From assembly GCA_030620995.1 (NCBI GenBank), contig JAUXIK010000002.1, positions 23,903-87,902 of the forward strand: a stretch of 64,000 nt of DNA, written 5' to 3'. The notes below the pieces were generated by a model. That model worked only from the letters and a program-made list of their open reading frames with translations. It had not been told where the DNA came from and made no database searches. A program made the translations under genes and the position numbers. Position 1 is the stretch's first letter; each line of letters starts with the position of its first letter. Below, one piece after another: positions 37,752 through 47,546 of the stretch. This stretch comes from Candidatus Aegiribacteria sp. Its GTDB lineage: Bacteria > Fermentibacterota > Fermentibacteria > Fermentibacterales > JCC-6.

Positions 37752-39701
37752 TTACCTTATAACCATAACCCTTGCGGTTGACACTTCATCGCCCTGTACC
37801 AGGCGAAGGAAGTACATGCCGGGTGTCAGCTCGGAAGTATTCCAGCTGAAGGATTCCGAGCCGGAAATGTCACCCTCGTAAGGTGTAGCGATAAGCCGTC
37901 CTGTCAGATCAAACACCTGGAGCCTGGCAGGACCGCTGGCTCTGAGAGTAACAACAGCCGAAGATCTCACCGGATTGGCTACAAGGATGTTCGTATTTAC
38001 GTTAACATCGCCGCCGGACTGATCTTCGATTCCAGTTCCGCCCCAGATTGCCATCTGGACCGATGGGTCACCCATGAGGTTGTAACCCTCGAAGTAGTAC
38101 TTGGATTTTCCGCCACCGCTGTAATAATTATAGACAGCGAGAAGTCCGCCGTTGCAGAATCCCTTTGCCCAGTTAATCCCATTAGCAAGGAACCACTCGT
38201 ATTCGGCGCGTTCCTGTATATCATCCTCATCCCAGTAGGAAGAAGGCACTGAACCGAAGAACCAGAGGCCTCCTTTTCCGGGTGTTCTTGTCCAGGTCTC
38301 GCACCAGGCTGTGCCGTAAGCGTAATTACCGGTCACACAGGAATGAGAGAATACACCAGGGAGCATCGTGGCATTTGTCAATTGTGCGAAATCGCCCGAG
38401 TTGAAGGACATGTCGCCCCAGCTCGTCTGGCTGCCATGTCCTGAGAATGTAAGCATCGAGATGCCGCCGTTTATCGAGGCGATAGCATCTGCTGCTGTTC
38501 CGCCTGAATGCGGGTAAACCTTGTCATATGTGTAGTTCAGAGGATCGAGATAGGTCTCGATGCAGTAGTTGTGGGTGCCTTCTGAGACACCCCAGTTATC
38601 ATTGCTGGCTATCCAGCAGGTATTCTGTACCCATGGAGTAGAACCGCTGACGTTCTGTTCATAATCAATGACTCTGTCGGCCATCAATGCAGCCTGCCCA
38701 ACCGAGGTTACGGAGAACCTGCCGATAAAGGCATCAGGTAGGTAACCTCCGTCAGGGAGACAGACGTAGTAGAGATCGGTCACACCACCAAACTCAGTTG
38801 CTGCGTTTCCGGGGAGGTAAGGAGTGTCGCCGACCAGCAGAACGTACTGAGGAGGATCAGCCCAGTTCTCGATTGCATCAAGAATATATGCTTCAATGTC
38901 TGCGTAGGAGGTGCCGGTCACACTGAGGTCAACCATGGTTACATCAAAACCGAGGCTTTCCTTCCAGGTAACGAAACCGTTCATGCCCGTTGATACGAAA
39001 TCCTCATGGCCGATGATAAGATATGGTGCGGGAGGAGTATCGCATCCGCCCTCGAATGTTCCGTAGTTCGAAGTTAAACTGGAGAGTATCCGTTCAAAAG
39101 GAGGTGCGTAGTACCGAGCCGCTCCGGCAAAGGTTGCTCCAAGATCGCCTCCTTCGTAAGAAAGTGTGATAGTAGCTTCTGAAAGCAGATCACAGGAATT
39201 GTCAGCAGGATTCCAGCGAAGAGGAAGAACTTCTACAAGAGCAAGATTACGTCCGCGCATTTGTCCCGCATAGACTACTCTTACCCAGGTTTCGGGGAAG
39301 GTTGTTCCGCCGGAATAAACACTTTCATCGAATTCCATTGTGAAGCTCTGGCGGGGATCGCTTTTCGATGCGGATATTATTCCCGGCTGAATGGGCCATT
39401 CAGGGCCATCCACATTGAGAACGGTTTCATCAGAAATGGAGAACTCGACTGTTGCGCCGACAGGAATCTCGAGCCAGGTCCTGTAAACGGGAACCCTTGG
39501 CATGGAGAAATCACTGATGCTTTCAGTGCCTTCCATCGCGACAGCTGAATAGTTGTTACCTCTGATACTCAGGGTTTTGAACTCGGGTTGAGAAGCGGTT
39601 AGTTCAAAAACGATACCTTCTGCTCCGGATTCCACAATTGTCAGACCGGTTGCCATAGCTGCTCCTGCGATGAGCAGCAGAAAACAGAGAAGAGATTTCA
39701 T
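37752..39701 (-). CDS. Peptidase C25 (gingipain-like) paralog with T9SS-type CTD
   Basis: By eye about 70 percent identical to the 35620-37578 product. Contains TFSGHGS, FSHSCVTG and the same CTD ending STARVMVIR. Confidence 0.85.
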   Translation of the reverse strand: MKSLLCFLLLIAGAAMATGLTIVESGAEGIVFELTASQPEFKTLSIRGNNYSAVAMEGTESISDFSMPRVPVYRTWLEIPVGATVEFSISDETVLNVDGPEWPIQPGIISASKSDPRQSFTMEFDESVYSGGTTFPETWVRVVYAGQMRGRNLALVEVLPLRWNPADNSCDLLSEATITLSYEGGDLGATFAGAARYYAPPFERILSSLTSNYGTFEGGCDTPPAPYLIIGHEDFVSTGMNGFVTWKESLGFDVTMVDLSVTGTSYADIEAYILDAIENWADPPQYVLLVGDTPYLPGNAATEFGGVTDLYYVCLPDGGYLPDAFIGRFSVTSVGQAALMADRVIDYEQNVSGSTPWVQNTCWIASNDNWGVSEGTHNYCIETYLDPLNYTYDKVYPHSGGTAADAIASINGGISMLTFSGHGSQTSWGDMSFNSGDFAQLTNATMLPGVFSHSCVTGNYAYGTAWCETWTRTPGKGGLWFFGSVPSSYWDEDDIQERAEYEWFLANGINWAKGFCNGGLLAVYNYYSGGGKSKYYFEGYNLMGDPSVQMAIWGGTGIEDQSGGDVNVNTNILVANPVRSSAVVTLRASGPARLQVFDLTGRLIATPYEGDISGSESFSWNTSELTPGMYFLRLVQGDEVSTARVMVIR

Positions 39702-39818
39702 GCCTTTCTCCTTTCGAAAGGAGTTGATTAGAATTGTAAGTATGAATATTGAATTACTTGCTTATCGATTTAACGTAAAAATACAGTTTTTAGTTCCCTA
39801 TGTAAAGGGTATGGCACC

Positions 39819-41930
39819 ATGTTTATCCATCAATTGATGCTTGTTCTCCTCAGTGTTATGTGGTTTGATCCGTCCGATGGGATCTCGCTTGTTCTTTCAG
39901 GTGGCGGCGCCCGCGGCTTCGCTCATGTGGGTGTTCTTATGGCTCTGGAAGAGGAAGGGGTCCCGGTTCGAACAGTCACAGGCGCCAGCATGGGATCTCT
40001 TATTGGAGGGCTTTACTGCAGCGGACATTCTCCGGCCTTCATAGATTCCATGGTCAGAAATACCGACTGGGCCTGGCTGTTCTCCTCTGCACCGGACAGC
40101 AGGCTCACAATGCTGCCCCTCCGTTTATCCCGATCACATGATATCCTTACACTTCACTTGAAAGGATTTTCACCTGTCCTGCCCCCCAGCGCGATTTCCA
40201 CTCAGCGGGTCGCTTCCCTTCTCTCATCTATTACCGGTCCGGTTCAGGTTGATTGCGGAATGCACTTCGATTCTCTTCCGATTCCACTCAGGCTTGTAGC
40301 CTTTGATCTGGTCAGCCGCGAACGGATCGTTCATTCATCCGGAAACCTGGCGATATGCCAGCTCAGTTCAATGGCTGTTCCCACCGTGTTTCCGGCTGTG
40401 AGGATGGGTGAAATGCTCCTTGTTGACGGAGGGGTCGGTGATAACATCCCTGTGGATGTTGCGAAAGATACGTGGGAATATCGCGTACTTGCGGTGGATA
40501 TTTCATCAGGAAGCCCTGAAATCCCTGAAAATCCGACAATGATTCAGGTTGGATCCCTTACTTACAGTGCTCTGTCAAACAGGGTGAACGATCTATACAG
40601 AGTAGCGCCTGATTTCTATTTCAGGCCGGATCTTCAAGGGGCAAAAAGCTACGGTTTTACAAATGAAGCGGCTGACAGTCTTATAGATATGGGTTACAAC
40701 CAGATGCTCGCCTACCTGCGCGAGCATCCCGAAATACCCAGAAGTCCGCAGCGTTATGATTTCCAGGTTGATCCAAGGCCAGACTATATGATAGGCAATG
40801 TGCAGTTCACCGGTCTTGAAAAGGTATCAGACAGTGTTGTTCTTGATTGGTTCATACTCTCCGGAGGTGATGAAGCGTCTACTGAAAATCTCAGGGAAGC
40901 CGCAGAGAAACTGTACGCGTCCGAGCTTTTCGACACAGTTGATTACAGGCTGGAACCCGCGGCTGATTCAGGGTTTGTTGACATAATCTATACATTTACC
41001 GAAAGAGAGCCTTCGTCTGTTGGTATAGGTCTGACATACTGTAACGAATTTGGATTAGATGCCAGGTTTACTTACAGACACCTCGATTTCCTGAAGGCGG
41101 GGAATCACTTCATTTTCAGCATTGGAGGAGGTGACAGGTACCTTTTTGGTGAGATCAGTCTGCTTGACCTTTCTTCAGGAACCCGGAACTGGATTACCAG
41201 TTACTCGGTTACTGCCTGGCAGATGAAGGCAAAATTCTATGAGTGGGATAAAACCGTTAATGACAGAGTGGTAACAATGGCTGAAGCAAGCGCTGCACAA
41301 GGCTTCTCAGCCGGATGGTCCGGGCTGACCGAATTAGGAGTTTCCGGTGTTCTGCACCGGTATGACTCCGGTGATACTGAGGGATTTCCGTCTGTGTTCA
41401 TAAGTCATACCAGCGAAACCATGTCCGATCCTGTGAATCCGAGGTCCGGTATAAGGCTGAAGACAAGACTGTACTGGGCGCCCCTTGGAGATCATAAGCA
41501 CGCATGCCTTGACTATGACTTCGAATCAGCCTTTCCATTTCTCAGAAAGGGAACGGTTCAATTCACTCTCTGGGGACAGCTGCTGGGTGGGACAACATGG
41601 GACTGGCAGGACAGCAGACTTACAGCCTCGAGAACCATTCCAGGCATGCCCTGGAATTCCCTTCCGGCCCGTCAGAGACTTGCTTCCAACGCTTGCTTCA
41701 GAAGGGATATGAACGGTCCTTTCTTCCTGTCACTTGAGACTGGAGCATCATGGGACTGGGTGTCACCACTGGAGATCGAAGACGGATGGTCGACATGGGG
41801 CGCGGGAATTTCAGCAGGAATGAGAACACCAATGGGCCCGGCAGTCATCAGCTGGGGATGGTCAACGGAATGGAATGAAAGATGGACTGTTTCAATAGGC
41901 TCACCCCTGACTTATGGTCCCGGAAGGTAG
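39819..41930 (+). CDS. Patatin-like phospholipase fused to POTRA and an Omp85-type beta-barrel (PlpD-like, type Vd)
   Basis: LSGGGARGFAHVGV (oxyanion), GASMGS (GxSxG), DGGVGDN (catalytic Asp), a POTRA-like IGNVQFTGLEKVSDSVV, and a beta-rich C-terminal half. Confidence 0.8.
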   Translation: MFIHQLMLVLLSVMWFDPSDGISLVLSGGGARGFAHVGVLMALEEEGVPVRTVTGASMGSLIGGLYCSGHSPAFIDSMVRNTDWAWLFSSAPDSRLTMLPLRLSRSHDILTLHLKGFSPVLPPSAISTQRVASLLSSITGPVQVDCGMHFDSLPIPLRLVAFDLVSRERIVHSSGNLAICQLSSMAVPTVFPAVRMGEMLLVDGGVGDNIPVDVAKDTWEYRVLAVDISSGSPEIPENPTMIQVGSLTYSALSNRVNDLYRVAPDFYFRPDLQGAKSYGFTNEAADSLIDMGYNQMLAYLREHPEIPRSPQRYDFQVDPRPDYMIGNVQFTGLEKVSDSVVLDWFILSGGDEASTENLREAAEKLYASELFDTVDYRLEPAADSGFVDIIYTFTEREPSSVGIGLTYCNEFGLDARFTYRHLDFLKAGNHFIFSIGGGDRYLFGEISLLDLSSGTRNWITSYSVTAWQMKAKFYEWDKTVNDRVVTMAEASAAQGFSAGWSGLTELGVSGVLHRYDSGDTEGFPSVFISHTSETMSDPVNPRSGIRLKTRLYWAPLGDHKHACLDYDFESAFPFLRKGTVQFTLWGQLLGGTTWDWQDSRLTASRTIPGMPWNSLPARQRLASNACFRRDMNGPFFLSLETGASWDWVSPLEIEDGWSTWGAGISAGMRTPMGPAVISWGWSTEWNERWTVSIGSPLTYGPGR

Positions 41931-41934
41931 CGTC

Positions 41935-42306
41935 ATGGCAAAAGTCATCCTCGCGAAATCAGTAAGGGCAAAGCGTGAGACGGATGCCGGCTACAGAAAC
42001 ATCACCTCGCGAATACTGGCCGGCCCCGCGCAGGGCTGTAACAATGCCACAGTGAGGGTACTTACAATCCGCCCTGAAGGAAGGGTTCCCAGACGGGAAT
42101 ACGACAGTCAGAGGATAATGACCCTTCTCCGGGGGGAGTTGATGTTCATGGACGGTGATGGATCGACGCACATGCTTGGAGAGGGTGACACCGTCATTGT
42201 TCATCCTCATGAAAGACACCACTTCCAGAACGATTCCTCTTCGAATGTCAGAATCATGATAATAGAGAGCCGGGGTCGGACGCCACTTGCGGCACTTACA
42301 AAATAG
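41935..42306 (+). CDS. Cupin-domain protein
   Basis: 123 aa from the ATG at 41935. GDTVIVHPHERHHFQN is a cupin motif-2-like His cluster. Confidence 0.6.
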   Translation: MAKVILAKSVRAKRETDAGYRNITSRILAGPAQGCNNATVRVLTIRPEGRVPRREYDSQRIMTLLRGELMFMDGDGSTHMLGEGDTVIVHPHERHHFQNDSSSNVRIMIIESRGRTPLAALTK

Positions 42307-42310
42307 CAAT

Positions 42311-42417
42311 TGGTGCCACCCACCAATAAAACGACATCGATATCAACCCGCATGTCCCTGATGACTCTCTACTATGTGGTACCGGTTATTTGTGCTGTTT
42401 ATTGGTGGGTGGCACCA
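42311..42417. repeat. 107-bp element with perfect 20-bp terminal inverted repeats
   Basis: TGGTGCCACCCACCAATAAA (42311-42330) is the exact reverse complement of 42398-42417. The right arm lies inside the last 11 codons of metH. Confidence 0.9.
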
Positions 42418-44740
42418 GACGTTTTGCTTCAAGTACTGCCTGGCAGGCGTCACGGGCGTATCCATCAGCGCCGATGGATTTGGCGTAATCCTCAGTGATT
42501 ACAGCGCCTCCCACTAAAATTCGGGCTTTGAGATTCTTCTCTTTCGCTAGTGCTGCTACTTTTTCCATCTCAGGAGCAGTTGTGCTCATAAGCGCCGAAA
42601 GGACGATGATATCAGCATTGATTTTCTCAGCCTTCTCTACGATGGTTGCTGCGTGAACGTTCTTTCCGAGATCGACAATTTCAAAACCAGCATTCTCAAG
42701 GAAAAGAGCGACGAGATTCTTGCCTGTGTCATGTATATCGCCCCTGACAGAAGCCACGATTATTTTACCTCTGCATTCCTCTGTTCCATCCTTTTCAAGG
42801 TGCGGTTCGAGAAGGGTCATAAGGGTTTTTGATGCCCCTGCTGCCGCGATAAGGTGAGGAAGAAAAAGTTTTTTTCTGCTGTAGAGATCGCCTACCTTCT
42901 CCATAGCGCTGGCCAGACCCTTTTCAAGGATTTCACGTGGAGGAACACCGCTTTCAAGGAGTTCTCTTCCGGCTGACTCCGTCTGTCTTCTATCACCTAT
43001 AATGATACTTTTTCTGAGTATTCCCATGAAATCCGGAGATATTCCCTGTGCATCCAGTTCAGGCAGCCTTCTCTCGACCGGTTCGAGGTTGCCCAGCAGT
43101 ATCTGCGAATTTTTATGAGCACCCAGCACCATCGAATCAAGTATGTCGATGATTGCGATATCGAGCCCATGCGCAGCCAGCACAGCCAGAAGCGCAGCAT
43201 TCATACTGCTCCGTTCAGGAAGTCCATGGGAGATATTGGAGATTCCGGCAATCGTCAAAAGCCCTCTTTCCTTCAGGAGTTTGAGGGTTTTCAGAGTTAT
43301 TCTGAAATCAGCGCCGGTACTGATAGGTGACACAACAGGATCAGCGATTACTCTATTTTCCGGAAAACCTGCTTTCTTAAGGATGGAGATGCCCTTTTCA
43401 ATTTTCAGCATCCGTTCGGAGGGAGTTTCTCCGGGACCTTCTTCGTCTATCGGAAGAAGAACAGCGTATCCGCCATGGCGAAGGAGAGTATCGACTCTGT
43501 TCAGTATGTAATCCTCTGATGCTGTAAGGGAATTGAGAATTCCGATTCCTCCAAGTTCACTGAAGGCATCGTCGATATTTATAGGATCGGACAGATCAAC
43601 GGAAAGAGGCGATCCAAGGGACAGGCGGCTGAAGATCTCATGAACAAGCCCCTCGGGAAGTATTTTTTCCAGACCAAGATTGACATCTATTACATCCGCT
43701 CTTCCCTGCATCCGCGCAAGCGAGACAACACCGAAAAAATCATTCTCTGAAAGCGATTTCTGTAATTGTTTCTTTCCTGTGGGATTGATGGATTCACCAA
43801 CAGTAAGCATCCGCTCTCTGATCGGAACTATACGGTTAACTGAAGTCAGGGCATGAAACTTTTCAATTTCAACCTTTTTCGCAGGGAATCTGACTGGAAT
43901 TGATGTGTATTTCTGTACATGCACAGGACCGGTGCCGCAGCATCCTCCAATTATGGAGGCTCCACTCCAGGCGAAGGTCTCCATCCATCCCGCCAGCCCG
44001 TCAGGAGTCATTTCGTACTTTCCATCAACCGGCAGGCCTGCACTTGGCTCAACAGCTATCCATTTTTCGCAGAAGCGAGCCATCTCCTGTATTACCGGCA
44101 CTAATTCTTCCGGACCTGTTGAGCAATTTGCTCCAGTCGCGTCAACAGGAAGCTGGTTCATCAGAAGAGCAAGTGCTGTGGGTGAAGTTCCTGAAAGAGA
44201 CAGGCCTCCGGATCCAAAGGTCATCTGGGCTGATATGAATGCGTCCGGATCAGCGTCTTTTACGGCAAGAACCGCTGCTTTAAGTTCCCTCGGGTCAGAG
44301 AAAGTCTCAAGGAAAAATATATCAATGCCGGCTTTGACCAGAGCCTCAGCCTGATCACTGAAGAGAGTATAGGCATCCTTCCAGGTCATGCTTCCGGATG
44401 GATGAATCATATTTCCAGTGGGCCCAATGCTGGCGCCGACCAGTACTCTGTCTCCGACTTCATCCATAGTCAGTTTCGCCAGCAGAGTGTTCAATCGCTG
44501 GACATTTTCGGCTCCAAGCTTTGCCGCAGTTGCTCCGAAAGTGCATGTGAGCACGATATCAGCAAGAGCATCGGCATACTCCCGGTGAATCGACCTGAGA
44601 ATATCAGGATGCGCGGCAGCCCACTCCTCGGTTGATACACCTTGCGGCATTCCGCGATTGATCAGTTCCGTTCCGACTGCTCCATCGAGAAAAACTATCC
44701 GCTCGTGAAGAAGCTGCCTGAGCCTTTGCGCCTGAACCAT
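42386..44740 (-). CDS. metH: Cobalamin-dependent methionine synthase, short form (Hcy, pterin, cap and B12 modules; no AdoMet reactivation domain)
   Basis: Hcy-binding N-terminus (FLDGAVGTELI, GGCCGT), a pterin-binding barrel, and the B12 motif GDIHDTGKN with SALMSTT. At 784 aa the protein ends right after the B12 domain. Confidence 0.85.
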   Translation of the reverse strand: MVQAQRLRQLLHERIVFLDGAVGTELINRGMPQGVSTEEWAAAHPDILRSIHREYADALADIVLTCTFGATAAKLGAENVQRLNTLLAKLTMDEVGDRVLVGASIGPTGNMIHPSGSMTWKDAYTLFSDQAEALVKAGIDIFFLETFSDPRELKAAVLAVKDADPDAFISAQMTFGSGGLSLSGTSPTALALLMNQLPVDATGANCSTGPEELVPVIQEMARFCEKWIAVEPSAGLPVDGKYEMTPDGLAGWMETFAWSGASIIGGCCGTGPVHVQKYTSIPVRFPAKKVEIEKFHALTSVNRIVPIRERMLTVGESINPTGKKQLQKSLSENDFFGVVSLARMQGRADVIDVNLGLEKILPEGLVHEIFSRLSLGSPLSVDLSDPINIDDAFSELGGIGILNSLTASEDYILNRVDTLLRHGGYAVLLPIDEEGPGETPSERMLKIEKGISILKKAGFPENRVIADPVVSPISTGADFRITLKTLKLLKERGLLTIAGISNISHGLPERSSMNAALLAVLAAHGLDIAIIDILDSMVLGAHKNSQILLGNLEPVERRLPELDAQGISPDFMGILRKSIIIGDRRQTESAGRELLESGVPPREILEKGLASAMEKVGDLYSRKKLFLPHLIAAAGASKTLMTLLEPHLEKDGTEECRGKIIVASVRGDIHDTGKNLVALFLENAGFEIVDLGKNVHAATIVEKAEKINADIIVLSALMSTTAPEMEKVAALAKEKNLKARILVGGAVITEDYAKSIGADGYARDACQAVLEAKRLVPPTNKQHK

Positions 44741-44770
44741 CCTGTTACTCCCGTCGGGACTTCCTGCAGA

Positions 44771-45706
44771 TTACTTCAAGTTTTCCAGCATGAAAGATAC
44801 GGTGTTTTCCAACCCCTCTTCAAAAGTAACAACAGGTTCGTATCCCAACAGTTTTTTGGCGAGAGATATATCAGCTCTGCTGTGTTTTACATCCCCGGGA
44901 CGATCAGGGCCGTGAAGAGGGATAATATCTTCCCTGTCCGTTAAACGGGCTATTTCGGAAGCCAGTCTGTTTACTGTAATACTGTCTCCGCATGCTATGT
45001 TCAGCATTCTTCCCGGAGCGTCCGGAGCATGTGCGGCAAGAAGATTGGCATGGACTACATTCGCAATGTATGTAAAATCTCTTGACTGCTCGCCGTTTCC
45101 GTTTATCACGGGTCTTCTTCTCTCATTGAAGGCTCTGATGAACAGCGGAATAACAGCGGAGTAGGGACTGTCGGGATCCTGGTAGGGACCGAAGACATTG
45201 AAGTACCGGAGAGCAACGGTTTCCAGTCCGTAGATATGATGGAAAACCTGCATATATTTTTCTCCGGCAAGTTTGCTGACGGCATAGGGAGAAAGGGGTT
45301 TTACATGAAGATCCTCGTTTTTGACCTGCTCAGGGGCATCTCCGTAAATAGAAGAGGAAGACGCAAAAAGAACCCGTCTGCAACCGGCATCCAGCGCTGC
45401 ATGAAGAATATTCAGCGTACCCTGAACATTTACCTCGTTTGTTGTTATCGGGTCAGATATTGAACGGGGAACACTGGGAAGTGCTCCCTGATGAAAGACA
45501 ACTTCCACGTCTTCCATAGCGTTTCTTACAATATGATAGCTGCGGAGATCACCTTCTATTACTTCGATATCATTTCTGATATCAGACAGGTTGGCCCAGT
45601 GGCCGGTTGAGAAATTGTCCAGAATTCTGACTTTCTCTCCTGTTGAAAGTGCTTGCCTTGCGATATTACTGCCGATGAATCCGGCTCCTCCGGTTACAAG
45701 ATACAT
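44771..45706 (-). CDS. NAD-dependent sugar-nucleotide epimerase/dehydratase (extended SDR)
   Basis: TGGAGFIGSN, SSSSIYG, YAVSKLAGE (YxxxK). Confidence 0.85.
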   Translation of the reverse strand: MYLVTGGAGFIGSNIARQALSTGEKVRILDNFSTGHWANLSDIRNDIEVIEGDLRSYHIVRNAMEDVEVVFHQGALPSVPRSISDPITTNEVNVQGTLNILHAALDAGCRRVLFASSSSIYGDAPEQVKNEDLHVKPLSPYAVSKLAGEKYMQVFHHIYGLETVALRYFNVFGPYQDPDSPYSAVIPLFIRAFNERRRPVINGNGEQSRDFTYIANVVHANLLAAHAPDAPGRMLNIACGDSITVNRLASEIARLTDREDIIPLHGPDRPGDVKHSRADISLAKKLLGYEPVVTFEEGLENTVSFMLENLK

Positions 45707-45707
45707 G

Positions 45708-46475
45708 CTAACAATTTCCTCTCAGTATTCTCAGCGCGGCTGCCGCCGCACCAAGTCCGTTATCGATATTCATTACGCATATTCCCGGACTGCATGAATT
45801 AAGCATCGAAAGAAGTGCGGTAACTCCCTTGAATGCGGTACCATATCCTGTAGATGTCGGCACTGCAACTACAGGCCCTCTGAACAAACCTCCGATGACA
45901 GTCGGCAGAGCGGCATCCATTCCAGCGCAGACGATACAGATGGAACTTCTTTTTAATTGAGGAAGAATATGTCCCAGTCTGTGTATTCCCGCTACTCCGA
46001 TATCATAGAATCGATTTATATCGACATTCATTATCTCCAGAATTACAGCTGATTCCTCGGCTGCATGAAGGTCTGAGGTTCCCGCGGAGATAACAGCAAC
46101 GGAACCTTCGTTTTCCCTGTGTTCAGCTTCGTCACTTCCGAGAGTGAAAATACGTGCTCTCTCGTGATAGGAACCATCGGGGAAAGCTTTCCGAAGATAT
46201 TCACCAAGTTCAGCTTCAACTCTGGATACAATTGCAAGACCGATCCTGCTGAAGAGATTATCAGTCACAGTTCTCACTTCTTCGAAATTCTTTCCTGAAG
46301 CAAGTACTATTTCAGGAAGAACAGCTCTTGCCCCTCTACCCGTATCCACTCTTGCGAATCCAAGTTGAGATGTAAGCTGTGAATTCAGCATATCGAGAGC
46401 TTCCTCAGGGGAAACACCAGCCTTTTTCAATAATTCCAGAAGCTCATGCATTTCCTGATTATTCAGTCCAACCAC
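45708..46475 (-). CDS. larB: LarB (pyridinium-3,5-biscarboxylic acid mononucleotide synthase, AIR-carboxylase-like)
   Basis: About 120-aa N-terminal domain plus a PurE-like half (VAVISAGTSDLHAAEE, VCAGMDAALPTVIGGL, VAVPTSTGYG). Confidence 0.8.
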   Translation of the reverse strand: MVGLNNQEMHELLELLKKAGVSPEEALDMLNSQLTSQLGFARVDTGRGARAVLPEIVLASGKNFEEVRTVTDNLFSRIGLAIVSRVEAELGEYLRKAFPDGSYHERARIFTLGSDEAEHRENEGSVAVISAGTSDLHAAEESAVILEIMNVDINRFYDIGVAGIHRLGHILPQLKRSSICIVCAGMDAALPTVIGGLFRGPVVAVPTSTGYGTAFKGVTALLSMLNSCSPGICVMNIDNGLGAAAAALRILRGNC

Positions 46476-47541
46476 CTGCCTGTTCTTTCATTCTATTCGT
46501 AAAATGAAGCGGATCTCCAGGACTTCCGAGCTTAACATCTCTTCCAATCTCGCCACAGCGATTCTCCAGTATTTTCAGAACTTCATCCAGAGTATCCTCC
46601 ACATGCACTTTACCCTGGTAAAGATTGTAATCCTTTCTGTACTTTATTGGAGTGAGATTCGGCATCACAACATTCGCTCCTGCCATGAGACCCTTTTCAA
46701 GACCTTCAGGGTCAAGAGTCTGCAGAGCTGTAGTGGCAGCGATATTTATTGTTGGAAGCAGTATTCTCAGCAGCGAGATCATCCGCAGTGTCAGAATTTC
46801 CCTTTCCTCCCATTGGCCGAGTTCACTGCGCCTGTTCCAGAGAGGTGTCTGTTCATGCTCAAGATAGGGCCCCATACCGCACATATCAATATCCATTTCT
46901 TTCATGAACAGCAGATCATCGGCCAGATTCTCAGCGGTTTGTCCCGGCAGGCCGATAAGGACACCTGTTCCGGTCTGCCAGCCTGATGCTCTGATCGTCT
47001 GAAGAGAACGCAACCGGTCATCGTATTCATGAAGACCATCGCCAGGATGAAACATTTCATATAATTCCTGCGTAGAGGCCTCAATTCTCAAAAGATACCT
47101 GTGAGCGCCGGCCTTTTTTAATCTTTCCAGAATCCCGATTGGAAGCTCTCCCATTGAAAGGACCATACTGACTCCTTCAAGGTTTGTAGAAATCCAGCGA
47201 AGGAGCCTTTCTACATGGTCAATATGTTCATCTACCAGTAGTTCTCCGGATTGAAGCAGAAAAGAACGGAGCCCCTTTGCGTATCCTGATTCAAATACAC
47301 AGATAACTTCATCAAAGGGAATCGTATATCGTGAGAAGGTCTTATTATCTCTTCTGAGTCCGCAGTAGAAGCAGTTCTTCCTGCAACTATTTGACAGTTC
47401 AATAATTCCCCTGAGAAAAACACCGGAACCTGCTGATTTCAGAAGAGTACCTCTCGCCGCCTCAAAAAGCTCAGAATCCGATCCCCTGCCCTCAAGGAAT
47501 CGGATTATACTCTCCCGCGAAAGATTGCCTGAGAGATTCAA
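46459..47541 (-). CDS. HydE-type radical-SAM enzyme
   Basis: ELSNSCRKNCFYCGLRRDN (CX3CX2C), LLQSGE, GAHRYLLRIE, GLPGQT, RILLPTINIAATTA and GANVVMPNLTP are blocks I recall as diagnostic for HydE rather than BioB or ThiH. Confidence 0.75.
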   Translation of the reverse strand: MNLSGNLSRESIIRFLEGRGSDSELFEAARGTLLKSAGSGVFLRGIIELSNSCRKNCFYCGLRRDNKTFSRYTIPFDEVICVFESGYAKGLRSFLLQSGELLVDEHIDHVERLLRWISTNLEGVSMVLSMGELPIGILERLKKAGAHRYLLRIEASTQELYEMFHPGDGLHEYDDRLRSLQTIRASGWQTGTGVLIGLPGQTAENLADDLLFMKEMDIDMCGMGPYLEHEQTPLWNRRSELGQWEEREILTLRMISLLRILLPTINIAATTALQTLDPEGLEKGLMAGANVVMPNLTPIKYRKDYNLYQGKVHVEDTLDEVLKILENRCGEIGRDVKLGSPGDPLHFTNRMKEQAGGWTE

Positions 47542-47546
47542 ACCGG

